DNA of 63,365 nt, filler included, from Saprolegnia diclina VS20 (lineage: Eukaryota): NCBI RefSeq assembly GCF_000281045.1. It is 5 parts of 2 records of this genome, joined end to end, with 100 filler letters (N's around TTAATTAATTAA, not from the genome) between each part and the next. Parts side by side here need not be neighbours in the genome. Positions count along the whole stretch, not along the records: positions 1 to 12,873 come from NW_008246126.1; 4 more parts are not named here. The stretch is one strand, 5' to 3'. The position numbers and the translations under genes were made by a program. Shown piece by piece: positions 1 through 12,397 of this stretch; position 1 is the stretch's first letter, and each line of letters opens with the position of its first letter. The notes beneath the pieces were generated by a model that searched no databases, was not told the DNA's origin, and was given only the letters and a program-made list of their open reading frames with translations.

Positions 1-795
1 GTCGGCAACGCGGAGTCGTCAGCGCCGACGTCGACCGCGAAGGACTTGTGGGGTGACATTCAAGACCACGCGCCGTGCTGCTCGACCGTGAAGTTTGCCC
101 ACTATGAAAGCGTTGTCCGTGGCTGGAACGACCCGAGCGTCCAAGAAGAGTTTTGCTCCACGGCGCAGCAAGTGAGCTCGTCCCGTGGCAAGACCGTCGA
201 CAACATGATCTTGGTGACTTTCTCGATGGGCAACCTCGTCGCCTCCGGTGCCTTTGCCACCGGCAAGTGCCAGCTCGGGAAGAACGTTCAGTGGGTCTCG
301 ATCGCGGGTCCGATGCAGGGCAGCCGCGCCGGCAACCTCCTCGAAGAAAAGTGTCGTGGTACTGGCTGGGGCGCCCCGCTCAAGGGTGTGCTGAACCTCG
401 TCGGTCATTGCCCGCCGACGCCGGCGTATCTCAACCTCAAGACGCAACAATCCGTGGACCGGTCGTTGCGCGACCAGTTTGCCGCCGCCCAAGACGTCCG
501 TCGTCGGGGCGTCACTAAGGTCATGTGTGGTACCAAGTCGTCCGGTCTCGTCTCGACAGACGGCGCCGGCTTGGCGGTTGTCGGTTCCATGGCGTTCGGT
601 GACGACGGCACGCTCCACGACGGTGTCGTCGCCATGGGCAGTTGCAGCGTCGGTGTTGACAACTTCTCGACCGACGCCGAGGCTGGCGCCAACTACAAGG
701 CGAGCATCAACCACCTCGATGCATCGTTCCGTCACGGCGATGGCTGGTGGGGCATCGATCGCAAGCCCGTCAAGTGGTTCGAATGCGCTTTGTAA
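1..795 (+). CDS. Lipase-like alpha/beta-hydrolase, copy 1 (5'-partial)
   Basis: The open frame runs from the window edge. It has a nucleophile elbow VTFSMGN, HDGVV (Asp) and SINHLD (His), and ends KPVKWFECAL. Three paralogs lie nearby. Confidence 0.8.
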   Translation, partial: VGNAESSAPTSTAKDLWGDIQDHAPCCSTVKFAHYESVVRGWNDPSVQEEFCSTAQQVSSSRGKTVDNMILVTFSMGNLVASGAFATGKCQLGKNVQWVSIAGPMQGSRAGNLLEEKCRGTGWGAPLKGVLNLVGHCPPTPAYLNLKTQQSVDRSLRDQFAAAQDVRRRGVTKVMCGTKSSGLVSTDGAGLAVVGSMAFGDDGTLHDGVVAMGSCSVGVDNFSTDAEAGANYKASINHLDASFRHGDGWWGIDRKPVKWFECAL

Positions 796-2554
796 ACGCG
801 CCGTAGTCGACTAGAAGCCTTCGTGTGCTAGAGTATTGTAACCGTATATGTACAGTTTGACATCCCACCATGTCACATACGTTGCCGGTGTTTGCCTTCA
901 TGCGTTTCGGATCACTGACGGTTGACAGTTGAATGATTCGATAGGCTGCCGAGGAGTTTTATTGATTGTTATAGCATCCTAGTACATTACTCGGGATGCT
1001 TTTTGTTTTCCGTAGACACTTGCTGCGGTGGCTGCTACAGAGCCTTACTTTGTGGAGCTCACGCAATCACCCATCTGCCCTAAAGTGCGGCGGATGCACC
1101 ATAAACATGCAAGGTCCATGACCAGAGACGAAGGAGGACGCCAAGTCTCATAAAAGTGAACGAGCGTCGATGTCTGGTTGACCAGTGATCCAATATTGTC
1201 TGTGTAGTGGAGCTTGAAAGTGCACCGCTGAGTGCGCCAAAGAAGATGAAGGTCATGGATTTGCAACCACCAGGCGAGCCGTTCAAAAAGTAAACGTAAT
1301 ATCCAATGTAACCTTGCTGGCAGTTGATTTGGCTACTGACTATTCGTGCAACGCGAGAGAAGACGGACTGGGGTGCAAACGTACCGTAGATTCAGCGACA
1401 CGTAGCGCACAGTAGCGTGCACGTTACCAGGTGACATGTAGGTGTTCTCGGGTTATTGCCGCCGTATACTTGAGCAATGGTCATGAAGGGACACTAAAGC
1501 CATGCGCCATCGTCAGCTTGGCTTTGTTAAACCTATTCTCGGTACCGCAGCGTTTCATTCGGATTTGGTATGTAGCATCATGGGCGCAAATTCAACCCAC
1601 GCTGCGTGCAACCACCACCCAGTTTNNNNNNNNNNNNNNNNNNNNNNNNNNNNNNNNNNNNNNNNNNNNNNNNNNNNNNNNNNNNNNNNNNNNNNNNNNN
1701 NNNNNNNNNNNNNNNNNNNNNNNNNNNNNNNNNNNNNNNNNNNNNNNNNNNNNNNNNNNNNNNNNNNNNNNNNNNNNNNNNNNNNNNNNNNNNNNNNNNN
1801 NNNNNNNNNNNNNNNNNNNNNNNNNNNNNNNNNNNNNNNNNNNNNNNNNNNNNNNNNNNNNNNNNNNNNNNNNNNNNNNNNNNNNNNNNNNNNNNNNNNN
1901 NNNNNNNNNNNNNNNNNNNNNNNNNNNNNNNNNNNNNNNNNNNNNNNNNNNNNNNNNNNNNNNNNNNNNNNNNNNNNNNNNNNNNNNNNNNNNNNNNNNN
2001 NNNNNNNNNNNNNNNNNNNNNNNNNNNNNNNNNNNNNNNNNNNNNNNNNNNNNNNNNNNNNNNNNNNNNNNNNNNNNNNNNNNNNNNNNNNNNNNNNNNN
2101 NNNNNNNNNNNNNNNNNNNNNNNNNNNNNNNNNNNNNNNNNNNNNNNNNNNNNNNNNNNNNNNNNNNNNNNNNNNNNNNNNNNNNNNNNNNNNNNNNNNN
2201 NNNNNNNNNNNNNNNNNNNNNNNNNNNNNNNNNNNNNNNNNNNNNNNNNNNNNNNNNNNNNNNNNNNNNNNNNNNNNNNNNNNNNNNNNNNNNNNNNNNN
2301 NNNNNNNNNNNNNNNNNNNNNNNNNNNNNNNNNNNNNNNNNNNNNNNNNNNNNNNNNNNNNNNNNNNNNNNNNNNNNNNNNNNNNNNNNNNNNNNNNNNN
2401 NNNNNNNNNNNNNNNNNNNNNNNNNNNNNNNNNNNNNNNNNNNNNNNNNNNNNNNNNNNNNNNNNNNNNNNNNNNNNNNNNNNNNNNNNNNNNNNNNNNN
2501 NNNNNNNNNNNNNNNNNNNNNNNNNNNNNNNNNNNNNNNNNNNNNNNNNNNNNN

Positions 2555-3352
2555 GTCGGCAACGCGGAGTCGTCAGCGCCGACGTCGACCGCGAAGGACT
2601 TGTGGGGTGACATTCACGAGCACGCGCCGTGCTGCTCGCGTATTTCATTCATGCACTACGAGAGTGTGAATCGCGCGTGGAATGAGACGAGCGTCCAAGA
2701 GGAGTTCTGCGCTGCGGCCCTGCAGATGAGCCCCGCGTGCTCTCAAACGGTCGACAACGTGATGTTGGTGACCTTTTCAATGGGCAATCTTGTCGCGGCC
2801 AGCGCATTCGCTTCGGACAAGTGCCAACTCGGCGAGGATGTGACGTGGGTCTCGATCGCGGGTCCGATGCAGGGCAGCCCCGCCGGGAACCTCCTCGAAG
2901 ACAAGTGCGCGGCATCCGACTCGGGCTCGGACGGCACGCTCAAGAGCATTCTGAACCTGTTCGGCAAGTGCCCACCGACACCAGCGTATCTCAACCTCAA
3001 AACCCAAGCTTCGGTCGACGTATCGTTGCAGAAGCAGTTTGCTGCCGCTCAAGACGTTCGCCGGCGGGGCGTCACCAAGACGATGTGCGGTGTCAAGTCG
3101 TCGGGTCTAGCGACGACCGACGGTGTCGGCCTTGCGATCCTCGGCTCCATGGCGTTTAAAGATGGCTCTGTCCACGACGGCGTCGTCGGTTTCGAGAGCT
3201 GTAGCGTCGGCGTCGACGGCTTTGCAACGGACGCCAACGCCGGTGCCAACTACAAGGCGAGCATCAACCACCTCGATACGTCATTCCGCAACGGCGACGG
3301 CTGGTGGGGCGCCGACCGCAAGCCCGTCAAATGGTTCGAGTGTGCTCTTTAG
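2555..3352 (+). CDS. Lipase-like alpha/beta-hydrolase, copy 2 (5' end in gap)
   Basis: Same motifs (TFSMGN, HDGVV, NHLD, WFECAL). The first 62 nt are identical to window positions 1-62. Confidence 0.8.
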   Translation, partial: VGNAESSAPTSTAKDLWGDIHEHAPCCSRISFMHYESVNRAWNETSVQEEFCAAALQMSPACSQTVDNVMLVTFSMGNLVAASAFASDKCQLGEDVTWVSIAGPMQGSPAGNLLEDKCAASDSGSDGTLKSILNLFGKCPPTPAYLNLKTQASVDVSLQKQFAAAQDVRRRGVTKTMCGVKSSGLATTDGVGLAILGSMAFKDGSVHDGVVGFESCSVGVDGFATDANAGANYKASINHLDTSFRNGDGWWGADRKPVKWFECAL

Positions 3353-4693
3353 TGTCGTCTACGTAAACACGGGAGAATCTTTACAGTCGCCTTGCATTTC
3401 CACAGTGAGATTCACGCTTTTGCTTTTTGTTCAACAAGTTGAACGGTGCACCGCAGTGTATTACGAGTGGCACCATCTGCCTTGTGCATGCACTCTCTCT
3501 TCACTGTACTCGAGTCGCGACCGATAACGAGCTTCGAACCCTCGGCTCCATTCATATTTATTGCGCCGAGTATGTACTCAACGTCCCTAGCCCCACTAGG
3601 TAGCTCGGCTCCAGCGTCACGCGGCACACTGTGATTACGTGGCAGATCCCGCCGGATGGAGATGGGTAAAGGGGCGTCCGCAGACGCGAGACGCGTGCCG
3701 TCTGCGGCACCACATGGTTGTTAGTTGTCACCATATGGATAAAGCGTGATGCCATTGACGCTGCAGATGCTTGGTGCCAGCACCATCCAGCCTTGGACGT
3801 CGACCGCTTTCTTTTGCTCCTTCGTTGTCAACGAATACACGGATCCATGTCGGCCTTGAAACGACGACGACGACGACAATCTGATGAGTTGGCGCCTCTT
3901 GGATTGGCCGCGACATTCGTAAAGTTGGGTGCATAACCCGTAACTCGTGCACTGCAGATCGACCTCGGATAGAAAAACGCTGGAAGCGGTGCCCACCGCG
4001 GCCGCCGGCTGCCACGACTGTGGAAGAAAACGTGTCCGTCGCAACCGGTCGCACCCATTCCAAACGACCTGATGCTGAGTCGGTCAAGCGCAGGCCTGTT
4101 TTTGTGCATAGCAAGTCGAATCCGCCACGAGCAGGCGTAGGCACGTGTGGCGTCTCTGGCATGTCCTGCAAAAAGATAGGGCCAAGATACTCGACAAGTA
4201 GTACTGCCGGTGGCTGCATGGGAGACTTTGTGTTGACGTCGACAGTGGTCATATCGTGGCTTCAAGCCTGATAACCAAGGTGCGTCGTAGCCACTGTCGA
4301 GATTGAAGCGGCGCCGAGTTTGTTCGGCTCAGGTGCCTCCTTTTTCCAGGCACCTTCCGCGCCGCGAAGCATCCCACGCCTACCGGCCTACGTTGCGACT
4401 GAGAGTAGCTACAATACAGCCGAAATGATGTGGGACTTGCGTCGGAATCGGACGTTTCGAGTACCGTTGCTACTGCCGTGTCCGTAGAATCTCTGTGGCC
4501 GAGAGATGCGCGATACACGGCAGCTGGCTTTGCCCACGTAAAAGTCATTGAAGGCATTCCAGGTCTGATTTCGTGCGGCTTATCAACTTGAAGCACACTT
4601 GGGTCGTGCTTCTCTAGAGTGGTACTTCGCACCACAAGGTTTGTTGGCAGGTATCCCAGTCGAACACCATCCCAACTCGATCACCTTCCGAAC

Positions 4694-4709
4694 TCACTTT
4701 CCAATTTGC
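4694..4709 (+). promoter_or_regulatory. Oomycete INR+FPR core promoter
   Basis: TCACTTT-CC-AATTTGC matches the oomycete initiator YCAYTYY plus FPR MWTTTNC, 12 nt before the ATG at 4721. Confidence 0.7.
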
Positions 4710-4720
4710 CTCGCATTGCG

Positions 4721-6449
4721 ATGACCACCACCGAGTCCACGCTGCCGCCGGCGACGCCCACCGCCGAGTTCGACCAGGTNNNNNNNNNNNNNNNNNNNNN
4801 NNNNNNNNNNNNNNNNNNNNNNNNNNNNNNNNNNNNNNNNNNNNNNNNNNNNNNNNNNNNNNNNNNNNNNNNNNNNNNNNNNNNNNNNNNNNNNNNNNNN
4901 NNNNNNNNNNNNNNNNNNNNNNNNNNNNNNNNNNNNNNNNNNNNNNNNNNNNNNNNNNNNNNNNNNNNNNNNNNNNNNNNNNNNNNNNNNNNNNNNNNNN
5001 NNNNNNNNNNNNNNNNNNNNNNNNNNNNNNNNNNNNNNNNNNNNNNNNNNNNNNNNNNNNNNNNNNNNNNNNNNNNNNNNNNNNNNNNNNNNNNNNNNNN
5101 NNNNNNNNNNNNNNNNNNNNNNNNNNNNNNNNNNNNNNNNNNNNNNNNNNNNNNNNNNNNNNNNNNNNNNNNNNNNNNNNNNNNNNNNNNNNNNNNNNNN
5201 NNNNNNNNNNNNNNNNNNNNNNNNNNNNNNNNNNNNNNNNNNNNNNNNNNNNNNNNNNNNNNNNNNNNNNNNNNNNNNNNNNNNNNNNNNNNNNNNNNNN
5301 NNNNNNNNNNNNNNNNNNNNNNNNNNNNNNNNNNNNNNNNNNNNNNNNNNNNNNNNNNNNNNNNNNNNNNNNNNNNNNNNNNNNNNNNNNNNNNNNNNNN
5401 NNNNNNNNNNNNNNNNNNNNNNNNNNNNNNNNNNNNNNNNNNNNNNNNNNNNNNNNNNNNNNNNNNNNNNNNNNNNNNNNNNNNNNNNNNNNNNNNNNNN
5501 NNNNNNNNNNNNNNNNNNNNNNNNNNNNNNNNNNNNNNNNNNNNNNNNNNNNNNNNNNNNNNNNNNNNNNNNNNNNNNNNNNNNNNNNNNNNNNNNNNNN
5601 NNNNNNNNNNNNNNNNNNNNNNNNNNNNNNNNNNNNNNNNNNNNNNNNNNNNNNNNNNNNNNNNNNNNNNNNNNNNNNNNNNNNNNNNNNNNNNNNNNNN
5701 NNNNNNNNNNNNNNNNNNNNNNNNNNNNNTGCTGCTCGAGCGTCCAGTTTGCGCACTACGAGTCGGTGAAGCGGGCGTGGACGGACCCGTCGACGCAGTC
5801 GGAGTTTTGCAACACGGCGCTCAAGGTCGGCACCTCGGGTGGCAAGACCGTCGACAACATGATCTTGGTGACCTTCTCAATGGGCAACCTCGTCGCGTCC
5901 GGTGCCGTGGCGTCCGGTGTCTGCAACTTTGGCTCCGGTGTCACGTGGGTCTCGATCGCGGGTCCGATGCAGGGCAGCAAGGCGGCCAACCTCCTTGAAG
6001 AGAAGTGCGCGTCGGGCGGTTGGGGCGCGGCGCTGCAAGGCATTCTGGGTCTCATTGGTTACTGCCCGGCGACCCCCGCGTACCTCAACATGAAGACGCA
6101 AGACACGGTCAACAGCGGCCTTTACAACAGCTTTCTCGCGGCGCAAAACACGCGCAGCAAGGGCGTCAGCAAGGTCTTGTGCGGCGTCAAGTCGTCCGGT
6201 CTTGTCTCGACGGACGCTGTCGCGCTCTCGCTCGTGGGCCAAATGGCCTGGAACAACGACGGCACGCTTCACGACGGCGTCGTCGCCTTCCCGAGCTGCA
6301 GCGTCGGGTTTGGCAACTTTGCGGACGACGCCGAGGCCGGTGCCAACTACAAGGCGAGCATCAACCACCTCGACTCGAGCTTCCGCAACGGCGACGGCTG
6401 GTGGGGCGCCGACCGCAAGCCCGTCAAGTGGTTCGAGTGCGCACTCTAA
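4721..6449 (+). CDS. Lipase-like alpha/beta-hydrolase, copy 3 (middle in gap 4780-5729)
   Basis: The ATG at 4721 (MTTTESTLPPATP...) follows the INR/FPR. After the gap, 5730-6449 encodes the catalytic part with TFSMGN, HDGVV and NHLD. Joining the two parts across the gap is inferred. Confidence 0.7.
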
Positions 6450-6990
6450 ATGTCCGCGTCGCGTCTGTCGTGTATCATTCACAGTGAATGCAACTGTGTT
6501 TTGTCTTTTTCCATTGAATGTACAGTTCAAGCTCATCCTTTGGAGAACGGTTTACACCGTTGTCTGAGCCCAGGATACTCCCCTAAGGGGTTCCAATGAG
6601 CAGTACCAGTTCCAACGCTAGGGCCGCCGAGGCACCTGCCACAGCAATAAGCCTAAAAACTCGTCCACGGCTGCGGGCTTTTGTAAAGCCGAAGAACGTA
6701 TAGACGAAAGACCAAACGTAGAGTTCGATAGACTCCATCCAGCAACTGTACAACAACTACAACTAACATTACGATCATTACGACTTGACATCGATTTGCA
6801 GTTTCCGACTCTATTGTTGTCGTCCTTCGCTGTGTATAGCTGTACATTTTCTTCATATGTCTCGATGCCTCGATGCCAGCCGTTTCACGAGAGCTGATGT
6901 ATGCACGCATTTGAGGACTTCATTTCGAGTTTAAAAACGCCAGCAACCGTTCGGCTGCGTTGCAGTCCGCTACCGGTACGTTGCAATCAG

Positions 6991-8558
6991 CTACAATGCG
7001 CACTCGAACCACTTGACGGGCTTGCGGTCGGCGCCCCACCTGCCGTCGCCGTTGCGGAACGACGCGTCAAAGCGGTTGATACTCGCCTTGTAGTTGGTGC
7101 CGGCCATCGCGTCCGTTGCGAAGCGCGTGAAGCCGACGCTGCAGCAGTTGTAGTCGACAACACCGTCATGAAGCATGCCATCCGAAATGCCTGCGATCCA
7201 ACGTAGACGAGCGCTGTCGCGTTGGCCGATCCGAGGCCCGATGCATTGATGCCGCAGAGAACCTTGTCGGCGCGGCGCCGCACGCTCTGTGCGGCTCGAA
7301 AGGCATTGTAGAGGTCGGTGCTCACGGTGGTTGGGTCCTTCAGCTGCAAATACGCCTCCGTGGCGGGACAGTAGCCCACGACTGCGAGCGACGGGCTCCA
7401 GTCGCCCACGGCACACTTTTGCTCGAGCAAGTTGGAGGCGTTACTGCCTTGCATCGAACCCGCCAGCGAAACCCACGTGACATCGGTACCAAACGTACAC
7501 GTTCTGTTGGCGACGGCGCCACCAGCGACGAAATTGCCCATGAGTAAGTAACAAGAATGAGATTGTCGATCGTCGACGTTGGCAACCCGCTGACGTGGCG
7601 CGCTGTGGTGACAAAATTCGTCTTGGTCGTTCACCCCCCTCGCGGAACTCGTAGTGGGCAAACGCGACGCTCAAACAGCACGGCGCATGGTCCTGGATGC
7701 TACCCCACGTCTCGGCAAACGTCCGCGTCGGCGGCGACAACTCGTTGTTGCCGACGCTGTGCACAAAATGGTTTGCGACGGCCCTTGCAGCGACATGTCG
7801 TCGGGCCAAGCGAGGCAGCATGCGCCGACACCGTCGTCTTTGGAGAGTGTGGGAGGTTGGGAAAGATGGCGTTCGTGACGACGGGACTTGACAGCGCCGA
7901 CTGATTGGGACGTGAGGAATCGTGAAATCCGGAAGCGACGTCGAGTCAGCAAGATACTCGATCGTCATGTCGACGTCGGTGCCAACAGCTTTGGTGAGCT
8001 GGTTGGTGGTTGGTGTTGGAGTTGCAAAAGACAAACGTCTCGCCGGTAAATTGGAGCTGGAGAAGCTTGCCCGACGGACACTCGATCTTCTGGTCGTCGA
8101 CGCTGGAAACGACGACGGCGTCCGTGAGACTGGCTTGCATCTAAGAGAGTAATGATATCATTAGACTTTTGCAGCGAGAAACGAGGGAGACGAACCAGTT
8201 GCACGGGAGGCAGTTGATCAGCCTCCAAACATCCGGCGCTCGTGATCACCGCGTCCTTCTCGATCGACCAGTACGCGCGGCCGTCCAGCAACATGTAGTT
8301 GGCGGTGACATCGGGACCGGGCTGCGACAAGAACGCATCGAACTTGAGGTTCACACCCGACCCGGTGCGCGGCACGACATATACCGTCGTCGACAACTGG
8401 CCGTTGAACGCCATGCTCGCGCGCTTGGCGGGCTTGGGGCCAAAGACGTAGTAGGCGCCGACGGCGGCACACACAATACCGCAGACGGCAATGGCAGCGA
8501 GCATCCGTTGCGACCAGCGCTTGGGCGTCGGCGGTGTCGTGACGGCGTCGTTGGCCAT
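6991..8558 (-). pseudogene. Inverted, frameshifted lipase-family paralog with N-terminal membrane anchor
   Basis: Homology is split across several frames (WGSIQDHAPCC / DNLILVTYS / MGNFVAGGAV / HDGVV / WFECAL). There is a frameshift inside the elbow (tactcatgggc) and the catalytic His motif reads NRFD. The N-terminus MANDAV... has a hydrophobic helix. Confidence 0.75.
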
Positions 8559-9106
8559 GTTGAATGGTAGCAAGAAAGCTTGTGGAATCAAGGCCGTGGG
8601 TGCGATCTTCCGCCTCAAGAACCTCGGAACCATAAACCAAAGCTCCATTTCCAATGATCTTGCGCCATGAAAACCAATCAACGCCACTTTGCAGGCGTGT
8701 GCACTCAATAAATAGCGCAGACTCTCTGCGACGCGGATGGCGTACCTGAGTTGGATCTGGTTGGCACTGCAATTGCGCGAAGGACTATCGATCGTAGAGC
8801 TGGTTGCCGCATTATTCGTTGGTTTATTCTCCCCGGTTGTTGCTGCAGCTCCAAGACCATTAATAAATGTTGGTGGAAGGACCTTGATGACGCGTTCCGA
8901 GAACGCGCTTGTCCATTATCCAGACCCACGACGAGGCGCTCAGCAGCATTAAAAAGCTGGGCGTTAATTGTCAAGTTATGGCTAGAGTCATTGGATGATC
9001 CGACGTTGTCGACCCAAACTCCTATCCGCGTTCGCGCGCTGTGATTGGCCAAAATTCTGTTTTGCCGTTGACTTTTTTACAATCGCGTCCCAAACCAATT
9101 AACAGC

Positions 9107-10305
9107 ATGGTCTTCCGCGCGGCCGCCCCGCCCCTGGACGACGAGCTGCAGGAGAAGCTCGCCCGGCCGGGCTTCAACGTCGAGTCCCACGAGCTCATCG
9201 AGCAGCGCCTCGATAACCTCAAGCGCAAGCCCACGGTGCGCTCGTGGCTCGACTCGTACGTGCGCGCCGCCGAGGCCGAGGCCGACGACGACGACGAGTG
9301 GCGTCCGCGCCGCCGGACCGTCCCGCGCTCGTCGCCTGGCTTTGTCGCCCATCTGCTGTGGTCGGTGCTCGGCCTTGCCGCGTCGCCGCTCATCTTGCTT
9401 CTCTGCAGCCCGTTCCAGCGCTTTTACGGGCCAGGGTTCGCACGCCGCCTTTGCCGTCTCGACGGTGCTCATGTTCGCGTAGGTCGTGGCCACTGGACTG
9501 CGCGTCGCCGTTTGGCTTTGTGCGCAAGAGCGCTTTGAACCTTTTGACGCTCGCGCTGCTGCTGCTGCTCGTCTACGTACACCTAACGCAGGAATGGCCA
9601 TCGCTTCGCAACCTGCCGGCGTCGCTCGAGCTCGCGCAGGCGTCGGCCACTGTCCTGCGCGACCAAGTGGTGGCGTGCGCCCACTGCGTGCGACTTCACG
9701 AACAGTTTCTCGACGTGACACAACACATCCTCGCGACGATCGTGGCTGCCGACCACGACGCTTTTCCGAGCCTCGAGCCGCCGCTGTCGATGGACCCGGA
9801 CTGCACTGGTCCCGTGCTCCAACTCGCTGGGTTGGCGGGACTCTGCGTGCTCCTCTTGTACTTTTACACAACGACGACGCGCGTGCTGGCGCTGCTCATC
9901 GTGGTGTTGCGGACGTCGACGGTGACGCGGCTCGTGGCCGAGTATGGCCACCCCCAGCCACGGATCGTTGCCGTCGACCCGACGTACGCGCTGCTCGACG
10001 AAGAGCTCGTGCTCTCGGTCACCGGCGTCGACCTCGTGCCCGGTGGCACCGTGGCGTGGATCCCGTACTGGTGCTCGGCCTCGACCTTTGCCTCGACAGC
10101 GTTTGGCGGCGACTGCGCCAAGCAGTTTGCCAGTGCGTTCGCAGCCGGCACGGTCACGACGACCTTCTCGGTGCTGGAAACGTACATTCCATGCTACAAG
10201 CCGCCGAGCGACCCGACCGAGGCGCGCGACTATCGGTGTTTTGAGACGGTCCGCGTCCGCGTCAAGGAGGCCAAGACCATTCCCGGTCTCTCGCCGTCCC
10301 TCTAG
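9107..10305 (+). CDS. Uncharacterised multi-pass membrane protein (intron 9436-9482)
   Basis: A 47-nt GT-AG intron joins ORFs 9041 and 9244 in frame (PG|SW). There are several hydrophobic segments and a C-terminal beta-rich domain. Confidence 0.7.
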
Positions 10306-10422
10306 TGTACGCAGCGCTCGCTATTGAATTATTACCATTCTCTCAAATCATGGCGTCAACTTTGACCACCACGCAACTACGGACCGCCCGCTGTATGCGG
10401 AGGTGCACTCTCGCTTTATGTT

Positions 10423-11554
10423 TCAAGCCCTTAGCACCGCGCAGAGGTCGTCGACGAGCAAACACAGCATCGTCGACGGCGTGGTCCATGCTACGGTACG
10501 GAGCACCGACTGCGCCAGACCACCGACGTCGACGTGAATGAAGAGCGTGGCAATGGCCGACTCCGGCGTCGCGCCCGGCCGCACCACCAACCCCGAGGGG
10601 TACATGACGAGTCGTACACTGGAGGTATCGAGTGCAGCTGTCGCATCGTGGGCCCACAAGAGACCCTCTTCCCTATATAAACGCAAAACGCGTCAGATAA
10701 GAGCTAGAAACAACGACGGGCGGACCAGTTGAGCGATGCGACGGCCATAACGGGCGCGCATTTTGCCTGCAATAGCACTGCACGCCGGGGCTTGGTGCCT
10801 CGAATACGATACGCGGCGTCAAGAATGCTGTCGGTACGGCTCTCATGCAAGGTGCAGGCTACATGTATCATGTGGGTCCTGCTCAATGCGGTGCACTGTG
10901 TACCGGAATGGCCAAAGACGTAGCCCAAGGGTCCGTAGAGGTCCAGCGCGTTGCTAAGAACTGCGTAGGCTGCGTCGGGTGCCAAGTCGACGCCCATTTG
11001 AATCTAACACACAAGTGCGGAGTCGGCGTAGGCGAGCGAGTATCGCGCACCCGAGCTGCCACTGATTTGTGTGGTGGCAAGTGAAACGAGACGTCGATGG
11101 TGGCACCGGCGTGGACTGTCGACTTGTCCCACTTCGTTGCGTCTCGATCGAGGTCGGCGACGGCGGCGATGAGCTGCTGCTGGAGGCGACGGGCCTCCTC
11201 GGCCATGTACGACGCGTCGCTCTGGAGTGTCGCGTTGCTGGAAGACTGAACATAGAGCAGCGCGTCGAGCCATTCGGCGGCTGCCGGCGTGCTCAAAGAC
11301 ACGGTCACTGGCTCGGCGCCCGGCGAAGCAAGAACGATTTGGCACACGTCGCGGGCAACAGACAAGTGCGTGACGACCTCGAGGCGGAGGCCACCGACCG
11401 GCGCCGACGTCGGCGCTTTCGAGACGTACAGAATCGGGTGGCCTCGCACGACGCCGAGCGTCACCCACCGGCGCTTGCGTCCGAGAACCGAGACGTCGGT
11501 GGCCGTCGCTGCTTGAAGTTGGACCCATCCGCTCTTGCATGGCGGCTCCATCAT
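10423..11554 (-). CDS. PH-domain protein with START-like C-terminus, multi-exon
   Basis: N-terminal KSGWV...KRRWVTL...AAEWLDAL is PH-like. A 47-nt intron restores AAR|IQMGVDL. The C-terminal YPSGLVVRP...LFIHVDVGG resembles the end of a START domain. Confidence 0.6.
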
Positions 11555-11850
11555 CTGGATGGATTTAACGCAAACACAACGTTACGCTAAACGATAAACG
11601 CGACACGTTAATATGAGTTTAACCAGGACGATCAAATTCACCCTCCCACACCGATAGTATTGACCACGCAGACCAGATTACGCGCTTTCCACCCACAGCA
11701 TTGGACGAGTACCGCATAAACTGTGGGGAACTAACAAACGTGCCTAATAAAAGCGAAGAAGAGAAGAAGAGAAGATCAGCATTGGGCATCATAAGACACA
11801 CGGGACAACCATTGTTCGAAAAATAAATAAAAGTGTTTTTTGGTTGCGCT

Positions 11851-12023
11851 TCAGACGACAACGCTAAAGTCGAGCGGCTCGAGCGTCGACAGCCACGCCA
11901 TGTCACTATCGCAGCTGTCCAGCAGGTCGGCGCACACCGCCCAGTCGGCCGCGTCCATGTCCTCGTCCTCGTGCTTGATCGCGTCCGAGGCAAAGAGGTC
12001 CTCGAGAAGGTCGAGCGACGGCA
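11851..12023 (-). CDS. 3' end of probable HSF-type transcription factor (left copy; rest in gap)
   Basis: The open acidic frame ...PSLDLLEDLFASDAIKHEDEDMDAADWAVCADLL...FSVVV* lies downstream of an inverted copy of the right HSF gene's promoter/5'UTR. Confidence 0.55.
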
Positions 12024-12397
12024 NNNNNNNNNNNNNNNNNNNNNNNNNNNNNNNNNNNNNNNNNNNNNNNNNNNNNNNNNNNNNNNNNNNNNNNNNNNNN
12101 NNNNNNNNNNNNNNNNNNNNNNNNNNNNNNNNNNNNNNNNNNNNNNNNNNNNNNNNNNNNNNNNNNNNNNNNNNNNNNNNNNNNNNNNNNNNNNNNNNNN
12201 NNNNNNNNNNNNNNNNNNNNNNNNNNNNNNNNNNNNNNNNNNNNNNNNNNNNNNNNNNNNNNNNNNNNNNNNNNNNNNNNNNNNNNNNNNNNNNNNNNNN
12301 NNNNNNNNNNNNNNNNNNNNNNNNNNNNNNNNNNNNNNNNNNNNNNNNNNNNNNNNNNNNNNNNNNNNNNNNNNNNNNNNNNNNNNNNNNNNNNNNN

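Noticed and set aside
3721..4635. Overlapping ORFs between lipase copies 2 and 3
   Set aside because: No recognisable motif or coding-like codon bias. Possibly decayed sequence.
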